DNA of 64,000 nucleotides from NCBI GenBank assembly GCA_037379345.1, contig CM074512.1:5518001-5582000 (forward strand), in the 5' to 3' direction. Shown here one piece after another: positions 37,540 to 51,890 of this stretch (positions are counted from its first letter, which is position 1; every line of letters starts with the position of its first letter). Position numbers and translations under genes: made by a program. The stretch is from Perna viridis (Eukaryota). The notes beneath the pieces were generated by a model. It was given only the letters and a program-made list of their open reading frames with translations. It searched no databases and had not been told where the DNA came from.

Positions 37540-38759
37540 AAAGAAACTTTAGAGATAGATTTTTGCCTCAACGAGGTATAAAAAGTAGCCAATAATATTA
37601 AAATTCTTCAGTTTTTTTTTGGCGGCAAAAAGATTCGTAAATGGAAGGTATAAGGGTACCTGAAAATCATATTTTGGTTGATGAGGTGGGGTGGTGCACG
37701 GGGGGTTATCTCAGCCCACGTACTATTATCCCAACTGTTCCGTTTTCATCAACAAGTACCATCAGATGTACTTAATTAACATGAGTTTTTTTCAGTTTAT
37801 GTTTGTGTTGGGGATAAACGAAATTATCATACTTAATTGTTGGCGTGGTTGCAAAAGTTTACTATGATATAAAACTGATCATTTTTTTCTATTTACCACG
37901 AATGACAATACTCTTTTTGTATGTTGTTACAGAACATAGCGTGTCTGTGGTTTTCTGAAGTTATAATGACAAATTTAAAATCTTTAGATTATCACACGAA
38001 TAAGACGGTGGTTTTGTAACAATGCCAAGGAAATCTTAAACTTTCAAAGTATATCATGTGTACTTTTTGTTTGTTAAAAGTGTAATTTCAATAATGTTTG
38101 AGCTGACACTAGAATGACATTAGTGATCAGATACAGTTGAATCACTGCCAAAACGTCATACCAACCAAACCGCTTTGTTTCGCTTTACAACTCTTATCTG
38201 TAGTTTTTACACTAAAAACTTTTTTAAAAACTTTTAAAACCGTCTAAAATTCATTATATCAACTTTGTTCCCATTAAAGGGTCCGCATTAGAAATCATAC
38301 GATACATTGGTTTTTAGCTTTGTGGTTACTTAGGGGAGTTCACTTCACGTAACAAACAGCCCATTTTCTTCTTTTTATCAATTTAAACACAGATTGCTAA
38401 AAGAAAGGGATATATCTTTAGATATTTGATTAGCCACTGTCAATATTTGCAGCTTTAGTAATTTAACTGACAAAATATTAGTTCAACTAAGTCTGTAGTA
38501 AGGTAGACACTGATGAACAACACTCCAAGTCAAAGAACAAATACTCACTATTTGCTCAGTGTAATAAATTTAGCAACCTGGGGTTCTTTCACTGAAAATC
38601 AATAGAAATAATAAAAAGGAAGACAAAAACACGGCATACATCGTAAACTGTGTTGGTCATTTTCTAATACGATCGTCTCAAACGAAAACTTCTTTGCTTA
38701 AGTTTAAGAAGGGAAGGTGCAGGATTGAAAGTGGTAGTTGAAAATCTGAGTCAAATAAT

Positions 38760-38945
38760 CTCCTTTAACCCATCCCTTCACAAGAGAAAAACTTTTATAA
38801 CCTCTCCCTCCACGGAAAAAAACTTCTCTAACCTCTACCTCTACGAAAAAAAAAACTTCTCTAACCTCTCCCTCCACTGAAAAAAAAAACTTCTCTAACC
38901 CTCCCTCCACTGGAGAAAACGTTTTCTCATACCTCTCCATTCACA
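38760..38945 (+). repeat. ~33 bp minisatellite, ~6 units (aaaaacttctctaacctctccctccactg)
   Basis: Directly visible, with variable A-run length. Confidence 0.8.
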
Positions 38946-39099
38946 CTAGAAAAAAATATACATTTAATTGGCATGGAAGACAGACATGTTTCATATTGTG
39001 CTAAGCAATAAATACTGTAATTACATGTACAAACGGGCAGATGGTTAAAAAAGTAGGCGTGTAACTATACAACAGACAGACAACAAATATAACGAGAAA

Positions 39100-39540
39100 T
39101 AATATGGTGAATATACCAAAGAGACAGTAACCCCATCGGGATGAAAGATGTCAGATCAACGCCACCCGTGTGTCTTCAACGAACGACGAGTAAATCTTCA
39201 CACCACAGGACAGGTTGCAGCTGGCTCCAAAACAACATTGCACAGAGGTACAGCGGAAGTAGTTGCCCCCTATATACCCCTGCAACATTAAAGTAAACGA
39301 AACAGTACATAAAGAGGCCAGAAATATCTGACTTGGGACAAGCGCAAAAAATCGACAGGATTAGGTATTTTTACGCGATCACAACCCTCTCCTTTTTTTA
39401 CAGAAATCTTGCCACTATGGAAACAATATTATACAATTAAACAAACTTAAATATCAATTTCTTTGTTAAAACAGAAATTAAGAAACTGATTATACGTTAA
39501 ACAAATGAACAACAAAGGACCCCTAACAGTTAACTGACAC
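39100..39540 (+). mobile_element. Dispersed repeat, copy 2 (paralogue of 2100-2560)
   Basis: Same collinear blocks as copy 1. Confidence 0.75.
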
Positions 39541-41195
39541 ATGGACATAGTGTCATGAAGAAGAAGGTGTGTAAGTATACAGACAGACAGACAGACAGAC
39601 AACAAGTGTACATATATAGACAGAAATTAATTATAAAGATTATTCAAAGACAACATGTACACAAATAAGCAGAGATTAGCGGCGGGGTTTGGCGGAATGC
39701 GCATCCCCATAACACTGAAATAGTAAAAATAGCCGGGAAATACAATAAACAATTAATTGATATTAGAAACACATGAAGTTATCCGAATAAATGTTCCAAG
39801 TAGTTTATTAATTGAAAGCCCAATACCGAACATGGTAAATAAAGACGTAACTAAGAAAAAGAAAATACTAATATAGCACTTAAAACACATACTAATAAAG
39901 TAGGACAAACATAGTAGAACAAAAACCAAGAGTTCCTCTCGAATATGTGTCATCTTGTGCCCCCTCTGAAATCTTACCCTGGTTCTGCGCCTGAGTGGAT
40001 AGTGTTCCAATACTGTAGCTTATTATTGTTGCCGCCAATGTTGAAGCTGACTGTATCTAACAATCATCATCAGTTGTCAGAATATTTTTATTCAACGATT
40101 GAATTGTTGTTTGCCATCAGGCTTGTACTGACAGCGTGATTTCTGGACACGAAGCGAATATAAGTAGTAGAAATTACATTAAATTGTCATGCGTTATAAA
40201 AAGCTGGTACATTACACTTAGACAGTTTGTAATGTGAAGATAAATTTTCTTGTCGTTTGGATTAATAAAAAATAGATGTCATTTATCACAAAGCATTTTA
40301 TGTGTGTAAGATTATCTTGGTATTATATACTCCCTGGTCTGACGACTTTATGAAAAGCTACACAAACATTTACTAAATAAGCCGTAATATTATTTTAAGT
40401 TAGATAGTATTATACATATTAAGTGCTGGAATCTGTAAGTATCAAGGAAAATTGAACACAAAAAAATCAATCCCATAAAAAATACAAACGAATTTGACAA
40501 TGTGGACACATAGTTTATGGTCTATTGGAGACAAAGTGTCAGGGCATACAGAAAAGTGTCAGGGCATACAGAAAAGTCACACCTCATTCATGGAAAGACT
40601 TGTATGTTTTTTTCACCACCAGGATTAACCAACTGTTTGATTCTTACAGAAAGTAACACTTAATTTCTCCATTGCCCATTCAGATGTTAGTCCTTATTCT
40701 CTGTATAATAGACTTGTATCCTATTATAATAAGAACGGAAATAAATTGAGTCGATTTCTCCCAGCATTATTGGCTAAATCACAACCAAATTTCGAAGTGG
40801 ATGTTTCAACCAGAATAAATTATTTGCTAATTATTTTAGTAGGTTATTTTTGTTATTTCAAGGTTTCGAAGTCTTTTGAAAAAGACTAGAATCTCAACGG
40901 TTAACGATTAAAATATCCTCAAGTTATTGTTTTTTAATTATGTATTTAATACCTTATCTTAATCCTTGACCAGTGTTGGCATCGGGTTTTTATGGCATAA
41001 ACAAACATAACACAAAATTATTACTATACTTTGTTAAAAATAACACGATGAGAGGGTCTATATCTAGTCATTTTTGCTGTAAAACCTTTGATAAATGGAT
41101 TTATTGTTAAATGCACTTGTAAATGTAAGCATGTAAAAGTGACGCTTAGCAAAGTTCGATTTAGTTCTGTACATTGTAAAAAGATACAATGAATA

Positions 41196-41529
41196 AAGAG
41201 TAATCAAGGGAACTAAGATTCTAGCGAAAATCAAAAGAATATAATCCAGGCACAAAGAACAGACATGGAAAACACACACACACAACAAAGAACATAAAAT
41301 GACCAAAATAATACATACAAAGTAACAAAAGTAAATGAACAACCTGCTCCAGAAGCCTAATTGTAAGAAGTCTAGCGCGATACAAAAAGTCTGCGTAGTT
41401 ACAGCAAGCTCTGGCATAGCGTATGAGTTGTGATATAAAAACTCCATACGCAGGTGCTGAAGGGATGTTGCCACAGATGAAAGGAAAGTTGACATAACGG
41501 AATGAAAAGTCATCGTATTTGTCGTATAG
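41196..41529 (-). mobile_element. Internally deleted Penelope-like retroelement fragment (RT thumb region fused to the 3' tail)
   Basis: LYDKYDDFSFRYVNFPFICGNIPSAPAYGVFISQLIRYARAC...RLLEQ joins at about 41340 directly to CATTTACTTTTGTTAC, the same tail as 33347-33488. Confidence 0.8.
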
Positions 41530-41699
41530 ATATGCGATGTATAAAATCATCGAAACCAGGATTGTCAACAAATTTCTAAAAATTTAATTTAAGTAAAGTA
41601 AGAAAACATATTCATCTTAAAGATACTAACAAACACATACGTGATATATCTTAACAATCTTTATTTTCATGGTTATTGTTTGTGAAGTTATATTCATTA

Positions 41700-42260
41700 A
41701 TGTGTATATCACGGTCCCCTAGTGGACAGTGTTAGGTGGACCAAGCGTCCCAGTGTTGAGTAAATCCCGGTCTACGCGTGGGCAGTGTGAGGAGGACCGT
41801 CTCAGAATTGAATGAATCACGGTCTGCCGATGGACAGTTTGAGGAGGACCGTCCCAAGTAGTATGTACATCACGGCCTGCTGGTGGACAGTGTGAGGAGG
41901 ACCGTCCAAATGGCATGTACATCACGGTCTGCAGGTGGACAGTGTGAGGAGGACCGTTTAAGTAGTATGTACATCACGATCTGTTGGTGGACAGTACGAG
42001 TAGGTCCGTCCAAGTAGTATGTACATCACGATCTGTTGGTGGACAGTGTGAGGAGGACCGTCTAAGTACTGTGTACACCCCGGACCAGTTGTGGACCGAA
42101 CCACTGTCAGGCAGTGTGAAGATGACCGTCCCAATAGTGTGTACACGCTGATGGACAGTGTGAGGATGATCTTCGAAGTCCTGTGTACACCCTGGACCGA
42201 TGGCGGACAGTGTGAGGAAGACCTCTCATGCAATCGATCACGGTCCGTTGGTGGACAGGG
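41700..42260 (+). repeat. ~52 bp minisatellite, ~10 units (atgtacatcacggtctgttggtggacagtgtgaggaggaccgtccaagtagt)
   Basis: Period 52-53 bp (41862, 41915, 41967, 42019). Confidence 0.88.
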
Positions 42261-43177
42261 CCATTATTCTGGTTTGTAAAAATACATTTTGCTTCAAACT
42301 TGTTTTCTCAAACACTTAAAAACATCTTAGAATACTGCTTTAAAACGAACATTTAATATCCCCTGAGATTTTGTTTTTTTTTTTTTATATACGACTTAAA
42401 AAATATTCATAGTACCAATAATTGGCTCCTCATTTAAAACTTTGTGTTAAACTAGCTTAGTACATTACGTTTATACCTATTTCATGAATATATTTACATT
42501 ATAACAAGACATGATGCATGCAATGTTCGGTGCATTGCAATGTAAATATTACCTATTAAAGACATGACAAGATATTCAACTGTCATTGAAGAATAATCAG
42601 TATTCATTATGATTTGTTGATTGGTAAAATGTGTCTCTTTAATCTCCAATTAGCAACGCTTCCGTCTTCATTTACATTATATAACGTAATCAGATGTATA
42701 AACAAAAAGCTAAAAAATACCATTCCTTATAAGGTGCCTACGCCAGCCTTCCTTTTATGAATGACATTTTTTTATTCACTATATATTAGTCAACAGAAGA
42801 AATGATACACCGTATTTCACCAAAACAATATTTTACCTTTTTGTAGAAGACAGGACACAAGATAAAAAAAATCATTTTTAACCTTCTATGTGAGTCTCTG
42901 GGCCAAATACGAACGGATCAAGATGATTATCCGAAATTATCCAGAATCTCATCAATCAGCCCACCTGAAATTCTGCCGATATGACGGTCAGGTACTCTTC
43001 GTGTCGTATGTGCGGTTTCGCAAGCGTATAAGACCTTTAGGTGCGTTTTCTGGCACCCGGGCCTGGTTTCATAAGAATTCTCAATCCCTCAAATCATCCC
43101 TCAATTTTGACCAAACAAATAAATCGAGGAAATCTCAAAATGAGATTTTTTTTAAAGAACCACATGAGCATAATTGG

Positions 43178-43352
43178 CAGTGGCGGATCCAGGGGGAGGG
43201 GGAAGGGGGTTGGCACCCTTCATTTTTATTGGAAAATGTTCATTTTCATGTGCAAAATTGACAAAAAAAAAAAGCAAATAATGCCCTTGCACCCCAATTT
43301 TCTGAGGAATCCCGGCTGGTACCCCTCCTTTTCCTTGTTTGATTCCGCCCTG
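43178..43352. mobile_element. MITE with CAGTGGCGGATCCAG-type TIRs (same family as 26269)
   Basis: CAGTGGCGGATCCAG ... TTTGATTCCGCCCTG. Confidence 0.7.
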
Positions 43353-45038
43353 ATTAGTGACGTCAGCCAACTCGTACCATTGCTACTGTCTGTTCAAGCT
43401 CATTTTGGAGTAATCGTGGCATCCTAATCAGGGTTTGTTTCTACTATTGTTAACCTAATGCAGAGGCCTAAATATTGACACCAATTTATCGAAGATCAGT
43501 ACTAATATAAAAGTCGCCCGAGCCTATAAATTTGCATCAGCGATTATCATTTACACAACCGCAGGAAACAGTTCCGTTGATATGCTCCGTTAAGGTTTAA
43601 ATACAAATAGTTAGGCGTCTTTTATATGTATTTCTAATATACCAAGTTTAATGTAAGTCTATGTTAATCTAATTTACTATACAAACTAATAATTAATTTG
43701 GTTTGAATTAATAACCAACCAATAAAAAATATTTTTCCTCTAACCTCTGATTAGTACCTGTTGTTCATTTCTGTGCATTTACCCGAATGAACCAACCGTT
43801 CACTGTCGATTTTCAAGTTTCCTACAAACGCTTTATTCTCAGATACATAATTAACCATAATTGATGTTCAACTAGGATGAAAATCATATAACAAATATAA
43901 AGAGGGATTCTGAGAACCAATCGAAAGCGCTGTCTTTAGATATTTCATGCTGGCTCGAGACGGGTCCAGATATTTACGAAAAGGGGTAGAGGTTCCGATC
44001 AAGAAACTTATATATAGAAAGGCTGTTATTTGCCGCTCATTTTTTGCCAAAATTTACACAAACTTTTAAACAAAAAGGTGGCCCAACCCTTGAAACCTTC
44101 CTGATGTATTACCTACAGCTTCGTGCATTTTGGCGGCTAATTAAATAAATTGCACCGATCTTTATCTTAACAGATTTTTAGTACTATCAACGCCTCGTGA
44201 CATCAAGAGCCGGAGATGATAACTACTTTTCTTTGACGACGGCGTAGGAATTTATGCAATTTTCTCAGAAATGGTGTCAGTCTTTGTTTTTTTTTTAAAT
44301 AATCACCCTATTTGGCTATTTGGCAATTATTTATAATGATAGAACTGTATATGTTTGGTACAGGGGATTAAAGGGGCGTGGCTGGGAAAAATGGTATAGG
44401 CCAACTAGTAGTTTGTAGTACTAATTCAATTATGTTGGAGTTTTTTATTCATTCTTCAATAGGTGATCCATGTAAACAGACAACGAATATTCTTTGTCCG
44501 CAAACTGGCACACTTCTACAATGCCACTTGAATTTTTGCGTCATTTTTTAAAGACAAATTGATTTGTTTTCATAATCAGAATGGTGAATTTAAAATAAAA
44601 GACTTTAATATAAACAATTTACAACAATAAACTTGTGTTTAGATACGCTTGATGTCAACACCTGTTCTTTCCTTTTAGCTCCTACATATATTTTTGTAAT
44701 TGGACGACTATATGGGACGTATACTAGTAGATTATAAACGATCGATATCAATTGATTCAGTACACGAGTACTTTGATTTTTTTTTTGTCTTGATGGCGAA
44801 AATAACTGAAGATACATATTGAATATAACTTTGCATTGTTGTGTTCATTATTTTAATACGTGCGTGGAAAGGAATAGTCTGGATCACTGTTACGAACGGG
44901 GGGGGGGGGGGGCTTATAAATAATTCATAAATAATGCTGGTCAAAGGAAAAGGAGAGAGTATAGGTGGAAACATTCATGTCCCAGGTTCTCTTCGAGGTT
45001 TGGTCACATTCTACATGTACATGTAGCACGTGAAATTA

Positions 45039-45228
45039 GGAAACGATCATTTTATCAGCGGAAGGGGGGGCTGGGGTCTTTTTGATTTTTTCCCCAATTT
45101 TGGATATGTTTTTTTTACCCATCCATTAAAAAGTAAAAGTAATGTTTCTGTACTTCCCAATTACTTAACAAAGTAGATCCGACATCAAATCCCACCCCAT
45201 CCCCTCAGGATAAAAATGTTCGGTGTCT
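45039..45228. mobile_element. MITE (AGGAAACGATCATTTT...GGGG / CCCC...AAAATGTTCGGTGTCT)
   Basis: Imperfect TIRs flanked by TTA on both sides. Confidence 0.55.
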
Positions 45229-45269
45229 TAGAGAAGAACTACGTTGATTTGTGTTTACTTAAAGCCTGT

Positions 45270-45680
45270 CATATCCAGGTGTTATCGTCAGACTCCTTTT
45301 AACCACATGCCAAACAACAAAATCATGTCTTGAAAACCAAATCAGCTGCAGTCCAGACATCGCGTTTGGTACATGACCTCAAGGTCAAAGATCATCCACA
45401 AAGTTGCCCGACACATCATCTCAAGGTAGTATCTCTTATCATGACAAATGCGAAAATTCTATCTCTAAAGACAAGAAAGATACAGCACCGACACATATTA
45501 TTTCATTACAAATAATACAAAAACAACAACAACAACAAATTTGCCCTCAAGGTTAGAGGTCAATTGTCCCCAAGTTTAGTACTCAACACATTATTTTGAT
45601 ATTGTTTACCAATGCACATGCCAAATATAAGAAGCATATCTCTATAAAGAAAAAAAAAGATACAGCTCGGACACGATTTG
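45270..45680 (+). repeat. Degenerate ~168 bp satellite monomers, Cg170/BIV160-like
   Basis: cctcaaggt at about 45377 and 45545; repeated catgccaaa and aaagatacagc-c-gacac blocks. Family resemblance is from recall. Confidence 0.5.
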
Positions 45681-46859
45681 TAACAGAATTAAAAAATATA
45701 ACACATATCACAAAGATGGAAGCCCCAGTGTCCTAGGGGATTTCGAATTTGTGCTAGGACAGAAAACTTCGTTGAATAATATATAGTTTGTGGTCAGACA
45801 AGTCTTGACACCTTGGTTGTTAAATATCCTCGTGGACCTATTGTCCACCGAGAGTGGCATCGTCCCATGAACTGACAACCAAACTGACACAATAGGTCCT
45901 ATCATTCACAAGAACACGCTGTAAAAGAAGATTTACATATACTGTAATCGTTATGGTAGATTTAATAATAAATTACACGTACTTCTCAGAGAAAAAAGAC
46001 ATTACTTTTCTACCAATGGACGAAAACACATTCAAGTATGTTCAAGAGGTTGCACTTTGTTATGTACTTTCGGAACAGAATTATCATCCGGAAACAAAGC
46101 ATGATATACTTGATCAAAACGGAAGATGATGGTGTGTCACAAATGGTTACCTCAAACTTCCCCCTTGAATAGTTCATTAATGAAGCGTACTGTAGGTCGG
46201 AAAACAATACTCGAATAATTTATGATTCGTGAGCATTTGATGTACCACAAGTATTGAAAGACAAAGAGGGCACTACTAAACAATGCCACATCTACTGATC
46301 ATGTGGCCCGGGTCTGTGGCAAAGAAGGTGCTACTAAACAATGCCACATCTACTGACCATATGGTGGGTTTCTGTGGTGTTAATCATGAAAGAAAGAATC
46401 AGTACTAAGGAGAGACTCTTAATATTTCCCGAACAGATAGACATACTGGAGCTTATCACAAGGGTTACCACTAAAAAGTTAAGGAAACAAGTTCTCGGAA
46501 CATACGTCTTTGATAGAGAGCAATCATTGGATTTACTTGGCTATGAACGAAATTTTTCATACTGACTTTTGCCGGAACAAGACCAAGATGGTTTGACTAG
46601 CAAACAGGCGCTCCTGTCGTTACAACGCTTTCATACGTGAAGAGCCAAGATTGTAAATTCATTAATATGACGGTCCTAGTAAATAAACTGCAACAACTGT
46701 TATAAATATGGTTTTTGTATCACAAAATGTACAATGTCACATCTATTGACAATATAATTGTAGCTAAAAGAAATGTACTATTAAATTTTGTATTGAATAA
46801 GGGAGATAACTCTTCAACACTGAAATAAGTCCTGTAAAATTTCTCTCAACTATGAAGTC

Positions 46860-47020
46860 AGAAATCAGAAGTATAAAATACAAACTCTTAAGTATGAAAT
46901 ATGCACTCTGAAGTATGAAGTACGAACTTCGAAGTATAATGTATGAACTCTGAAGTATGAAGTATGAACTCAGAAGTATGAAATCAGAACTAAAAAGTGT
47001 GAAGTATTAACTCTGAAGTC
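46860..47020 (+). repeat. 7/21 bp periodic repeat (ctctgaagtatgaagtatgaa)
   Basis: Directly visible. Confidence 0.75.
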
Positions 47021-47668
47021 CAAAGATACCTCTAGCTTTCCGTACTTTTGGAATTTGACGATTACTTGAGGCGTAAAAAATCAAACAATCGATATAAATT
47101 GATCCAGTACATGAGTACTTCGATGAAAAAAAAAAAAAAACAGGTACGGCCTTTCCTTTGGACAGTCATATTGGTGATGCCATTTTTTAATGTATTTAAA
47201 TCTAATAATATCTTTTATGTATTTTTTCCTTTTTTGTGACAACTAAAATAGCTTTGTTGGTTTTTTGTTATAATATGTCTGCGGAGAAAATTGAACTTAC
47301 GCATGACCGAATGACGATAAATTTTCAGAGGGTCAGCACTCAGTGTACCAATGGACCAATGGACATTTCTCTCGCGGAACTGTCGAGCAGAAGAAGAAAT
47401 AATTGACCAAATTGTTAAATTCATTTTTTTTTTGCAATAACCCCCCTCTCAATTGAAACTCCTCTTCTGAAAATTCACCTGTCGCCACAATTTAGGGTGC
47501 TCTATATAGTTACATTATGGCGCACTGTTTCGCACACCAAGTTACCCCGGTCAAATTTTGTAAAACTTCAAATTAAAAGTTGAACTTTGGTGGATACATT
47601 GTTTAAATGTAGTTTAGCAATAACATAGACAGATGTAATATATGTAATGATAAACAGGTGTAATTTAA

Positions 47669-48130
47669 AGGATGGCTGATTTTCAAAATACCTTATTTCG
47701 CACGAAGTTTAGGAACTAAAATTGTGAGAGAATGCATGCTTTCATCCTGTAGTAGTGTCTAAGTGCCTGATATTTTATAAAACATAGTAATTGGCTGTTA
47801 GTTTTAGTAAGGCACCCCTGATTTGTACTAAAACTCAGTAATATTTTTTTTCGGTATGTTACCATGGCTACTGGATTTTTTAACAATAATCATTTAATTA
47901 CTTATAAATGACTTGAACCTCCACACACCAAGGATTTCAAAAATATGCACTTTTTTATGACAAAACACTCGAAATTTCTGTGCCGACTGCCTCAAAACAG
48001 CTTTATTTCAACAAAATGATACCAAATTTTCATAAATGACCTAACTGTATTGTACTACCTTATGTTAAGGGATATGTATCAGCCAACGGCATTATGCGGA
48101 ATTCCTAGAACACTCGCTTTTCGCCAGCCT
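47669..48130. mobile_element. Possible Kolobok-type non-autonomous element
   Basis: TTAA-AGGATGGC ... GCCAGCCT-TAAA: short imperfect TIR with TTAA-like flanks. Confidence 0.35.
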
Positions 48131-50879
48131 TAAAAATTCAATCACTTCCGAATTACGTACGTCATGTCCGACTGAACGAACCGTTCTTGTTATAGGATGC
48201 GCCGACGCTCCGTCCCTAATGAGGTCTTCACACGATGATGGATTGAAGAATAAGGTTACATTGCGACCGCCGTGAGTAAAAAAAGGTGTTGATGTCATTA
48301 CAAAGCTTTCGCGTGAATTTAAGTTGGTATGAAGAGCAAACAGCAGTCGCTGCCGTAACGAGGAAACGCGATTATTTCTCCTTGAACTCTCGGTCCGTAT
48401 AATTTAAGCATTTAAATGGTTTTCGATCAGATAAAAAAGATGAATACATGTTAATACAGAAAAGCCATAAAATTAATTTTAGCTTGATTATATATATATA
48501 TGGTTGAGGTGTTTAGTTACTACGAGGTTAATGTATGTAAATGAATTCAGATTGTGGTGTAGTACGTGGGTTTTATAACAGTACACTGACAATCCTTAAG
48601 TCAGTTTTGGTATTCAGATACACTCTATTAATGTACATGAGACGTTTATAAAAGGTATGACAGATCTTCAAGTCAAGTTATATACACACTTAACTTAAAT
48701 ATTGTTATCGTGTTCTGGGGTACCAATCTGATGGATTTCTGTTTTTGTCTATTCCATTGTATGTTGTTCATTCTTAGTATCCAATGATTGGTGCATCTGC
48801 ACCTTATTGGAGAAATTCATCGTTTTCATTTGTACGAAAACCCATTTCTTTTAACTAAATGTTTATTCGTCATCTTATATGAAATGTTTTACAATGCAAA
48901 GTATCATTTTACAGATTAGCCAAAATATTAAGGCATTTCATTATTAACAAATTCCTGTAATGTTTACTTATCTATATCAAATAGAAGCTAACCGAAAAAA
49001 CAAAACAAAAAACAAAAAACACACACACAACCTGACTGATAATGAACGAATACCTGTTCTTATTATTACAGATATGGACAGTGGCACAGGGGGGGGGGGG
49101 GGGGCGGTAATTCAAGTAGCATAAACCATCAAAACAAGACAGCCAGAAGGAAATAGAAAACCCAGTTAAAGTCACCTCCTAGCAATAGGTTTGTTGAATT
49201 CAGACAACGTTGAATTATTTGGCAGCTTGTTTAAAATAGCGACCATTTTAAAATATCCATTGCAACGTAGTTTTGGGGAAATACGGTATTACATATATTT
49301 TTTTCCTAAAGTATTTAATAATATAATGAGATTTGGCGTAGTTGAAGTTTTTTTTTTCACCAAAAAACGTGATTTTCTTCCTTCTGTGTTCTAATTTAAA
49401 GTGAAGAACATTAAACTAATCTAAATATTGAAAGAATCACGAAAGTGTTTATTTAACGGAACGATCCATCCTCAAATGAGTTTAAAATTTAAATGAATAG
49501 ACTAAGAGGAAGTTTGCTCAATAGACGGCATTGTTATCTCCTTTTTATGTGACAATATTTGCATTTTGTTTAGAGGCGATTTCCGGTGGGCAACATAAGG
49601 TTTTTAGCTATCCTTTTTTAATAAAAATTTTAGGACAAATAAATTAATTTCGAATACTCCACAATTATTACGTAATAGTTATATGAATAGGACGAGAATA
49701 AATAAAGCGGTAATAAGATTTCTGTGCTACCGAATTTTCGATGGCCCTCTATTTGTTAGATTTACCTTACTTTTTAAGTCAAGGGTGATATGCGAAAGGT
49801 TATCTTTGTTGAACCAATCTATCAATTTTGGGGGTGTACAGGGGAATTCTAAATCCTTAAGATTTATCGATCATTTAATTTAGTATGCTTTCACACCAGT
49901 ATCACTTTGATCATACCGTAACTTTATTTACACATGAGTTCATGTAGAATACAACCAGATCCGATGTGTCGTTTTAACAACGAAAAAGTTGACACATCGG
50001 ATGGTGATGTCATCAGCCCGTCAAACTTTAGATAAAATGTTTTTATGTAGAAATGATGTTTATGTTTTTTTTTATTAAGTATGTACCTACATTGTACTGA
50101 TGCGACCCCGATAATATTGCTACTATTTCCACATCATTAAGCAAGTCAATCAGAAACTAGAGTCTGATTCTCAAAGCAACACTAACAAAACCAGGCCTAC
50201 AAACGAAACACTCCCTCTTTTTATCAAGATTTCTTAATAGACCGCCCATCGTCTTATAACTTCACCGTTAACAAACTTCTAAAGGGTAAAGAAAATACAA
50301 TTACTCAAAAGGAGGGAAATCTTTGTTTTGCTTTTTTTCAAGGATGAGATAAAATCCTAAGACTGGATGTATAAAGTAACAAGTTGGGGTTTTAAACGTA
50401 AACTTCTCGTGTGGACCGATCGAAATAAGAAGATAACGATGGGTTAGAATAGAGGTATATCCAGTGACAGATCAACACAATGATCGCCGACGATATATCA
50501 GTACAAAAGTTCATGTAGCAGCCGACCAATTACAGAGGTATCCCCACCCGAACTCATTAACTTCTTCTTACCATTATTGACAATGATAAAATCGTCACGA
50601 ATATTGCAACAGTGTCAAAATGACGTATTGGTAATCCAGTTAACTAAAGTCTTAAATAATTTTGCTGGGTATCAGAAATACTCGGTAAACACCGTTCTTT
50701 TCTTCAAACTTAATATGTAGGAACCAACTAGCAATGAGGAGTAGGGATATGTTAAAACTTTACCACTGCCGAAGTAAGATCGGTTTATCGTGTTGTTTTT
50801 GACAAATAATTATGTTCCTACGTCCGGACAAAGACCCAAGAAATTGTAGAGAGAGGTAACAGATTCTACCGCTTATGTG

Positions 50880-51085
50880 AATACTACGGTGTCAGGTTCG
50901 TCTGTATAAGCGAATACTCAGGTGACAGGTTCGACTGTATGAGTTAATACTCAGGTGTTAGGTTCGTCTGTATAAGTGAATACTCAGGTGTCAGGTTCGA
51001 CTGTATGAGTTAATACTCAGGTGTCAGATTCGTCTGTATAATTGAATACTCAGGTGTCAGGTTCGTCTGTATAAGTGAATACTTC
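50880..51085 (+). repeat. 33 bp minisatellite, ~6 units with alternating variants
   Basis: aatactcaggtgtcaggttcgtctgtataagtg alternating with ...cgactgtatgagtt. Confidence 0.88.
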
Positions 51086-51737
51086 AGTGAAATATACGTG
51101 TATAAAACAAAAAAAATGGTTGATTAATTGTTCACTGTAATTGGCTGTATGTGTTTTTCATAATGTGTGATGACGTGACCGTTCGATAGTCCGAAGGTTT
51201 ATCAATGTGACGTCCATTGGCCCAAAGATTTGATAGCCTGAAGTAATGTTGGTCCGAAGGTTTGATAGCCCGAAGCATTAATTGTACTTATTTCCGATCG
51301 TTTGTAGGTCATGATCAAAAGCTTTGGCGACCCTTACAGATCTCAATCTCAATTTGCTGTGTGTTGTTTGGACCATGCGACAACTTTTGTCAAAATATTC
51401 TAGACAGGTCGAATCTGATACATCTATACATATATCATCATATAAGGCTGAAAGTCAAGAGATATATAAATAAATAAACAAACTTAAGCTATCACCGTCT
51501 TGAATGAAACCGTGGGAGTCTATGAAAAGGATCAAAGATCAGTAGAAAGAGGGAACTTTAGGAATCAATTTTTCTCTCTTATATTTGTTTATAATATCAT
51601 AGAAGACATGGAAAGTGGAAATATACTAAGATTTTACTTTAAAAATGGAATGCCTATCTTTTTACTAAAACCATTTCGGATAGTAAATTTTATTTACCGG
51701 TTATTTGAACATTCCCAAAAGTGATTCTATAGCCTCT

Positions 51738-51890
51738 GACGACAGTTACCCTGTCGGTGTCCATCATTCCTGTTTATTGTCGAGTCCATTTACGTTTAAT
51801 TACCCGTGTGTGGTATTTCGGATTTTGTATGTTGATTTTTTTTGTCTCCGTTATCTTTTTTGGTCTTTATCTCTTGATTTACATTTTTTT
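51738..51890 (+). mobile_element. Very degraded copy of the Penelope-like 3' UTR
   Basis: ttaccctgtcggtgtccat...gagtcc...tggtctttatctcttgatttacatt loosely follows 33283-33450. Confidence 0.35.

Noticed and set aside
43358-43365. Perfect CRE palindromes TGACGTCA (also near 20075, 21720 and 54579)
   Set aside because: Isolated 8-mers, two of them inside repeats or MITEs, with no supporting cluster.
46000-46680. Slightly GC-richer stretch resembling a decayed coding sequence
   Set aside because: The frames I translated contain stops and no peptide motif was recognisable.
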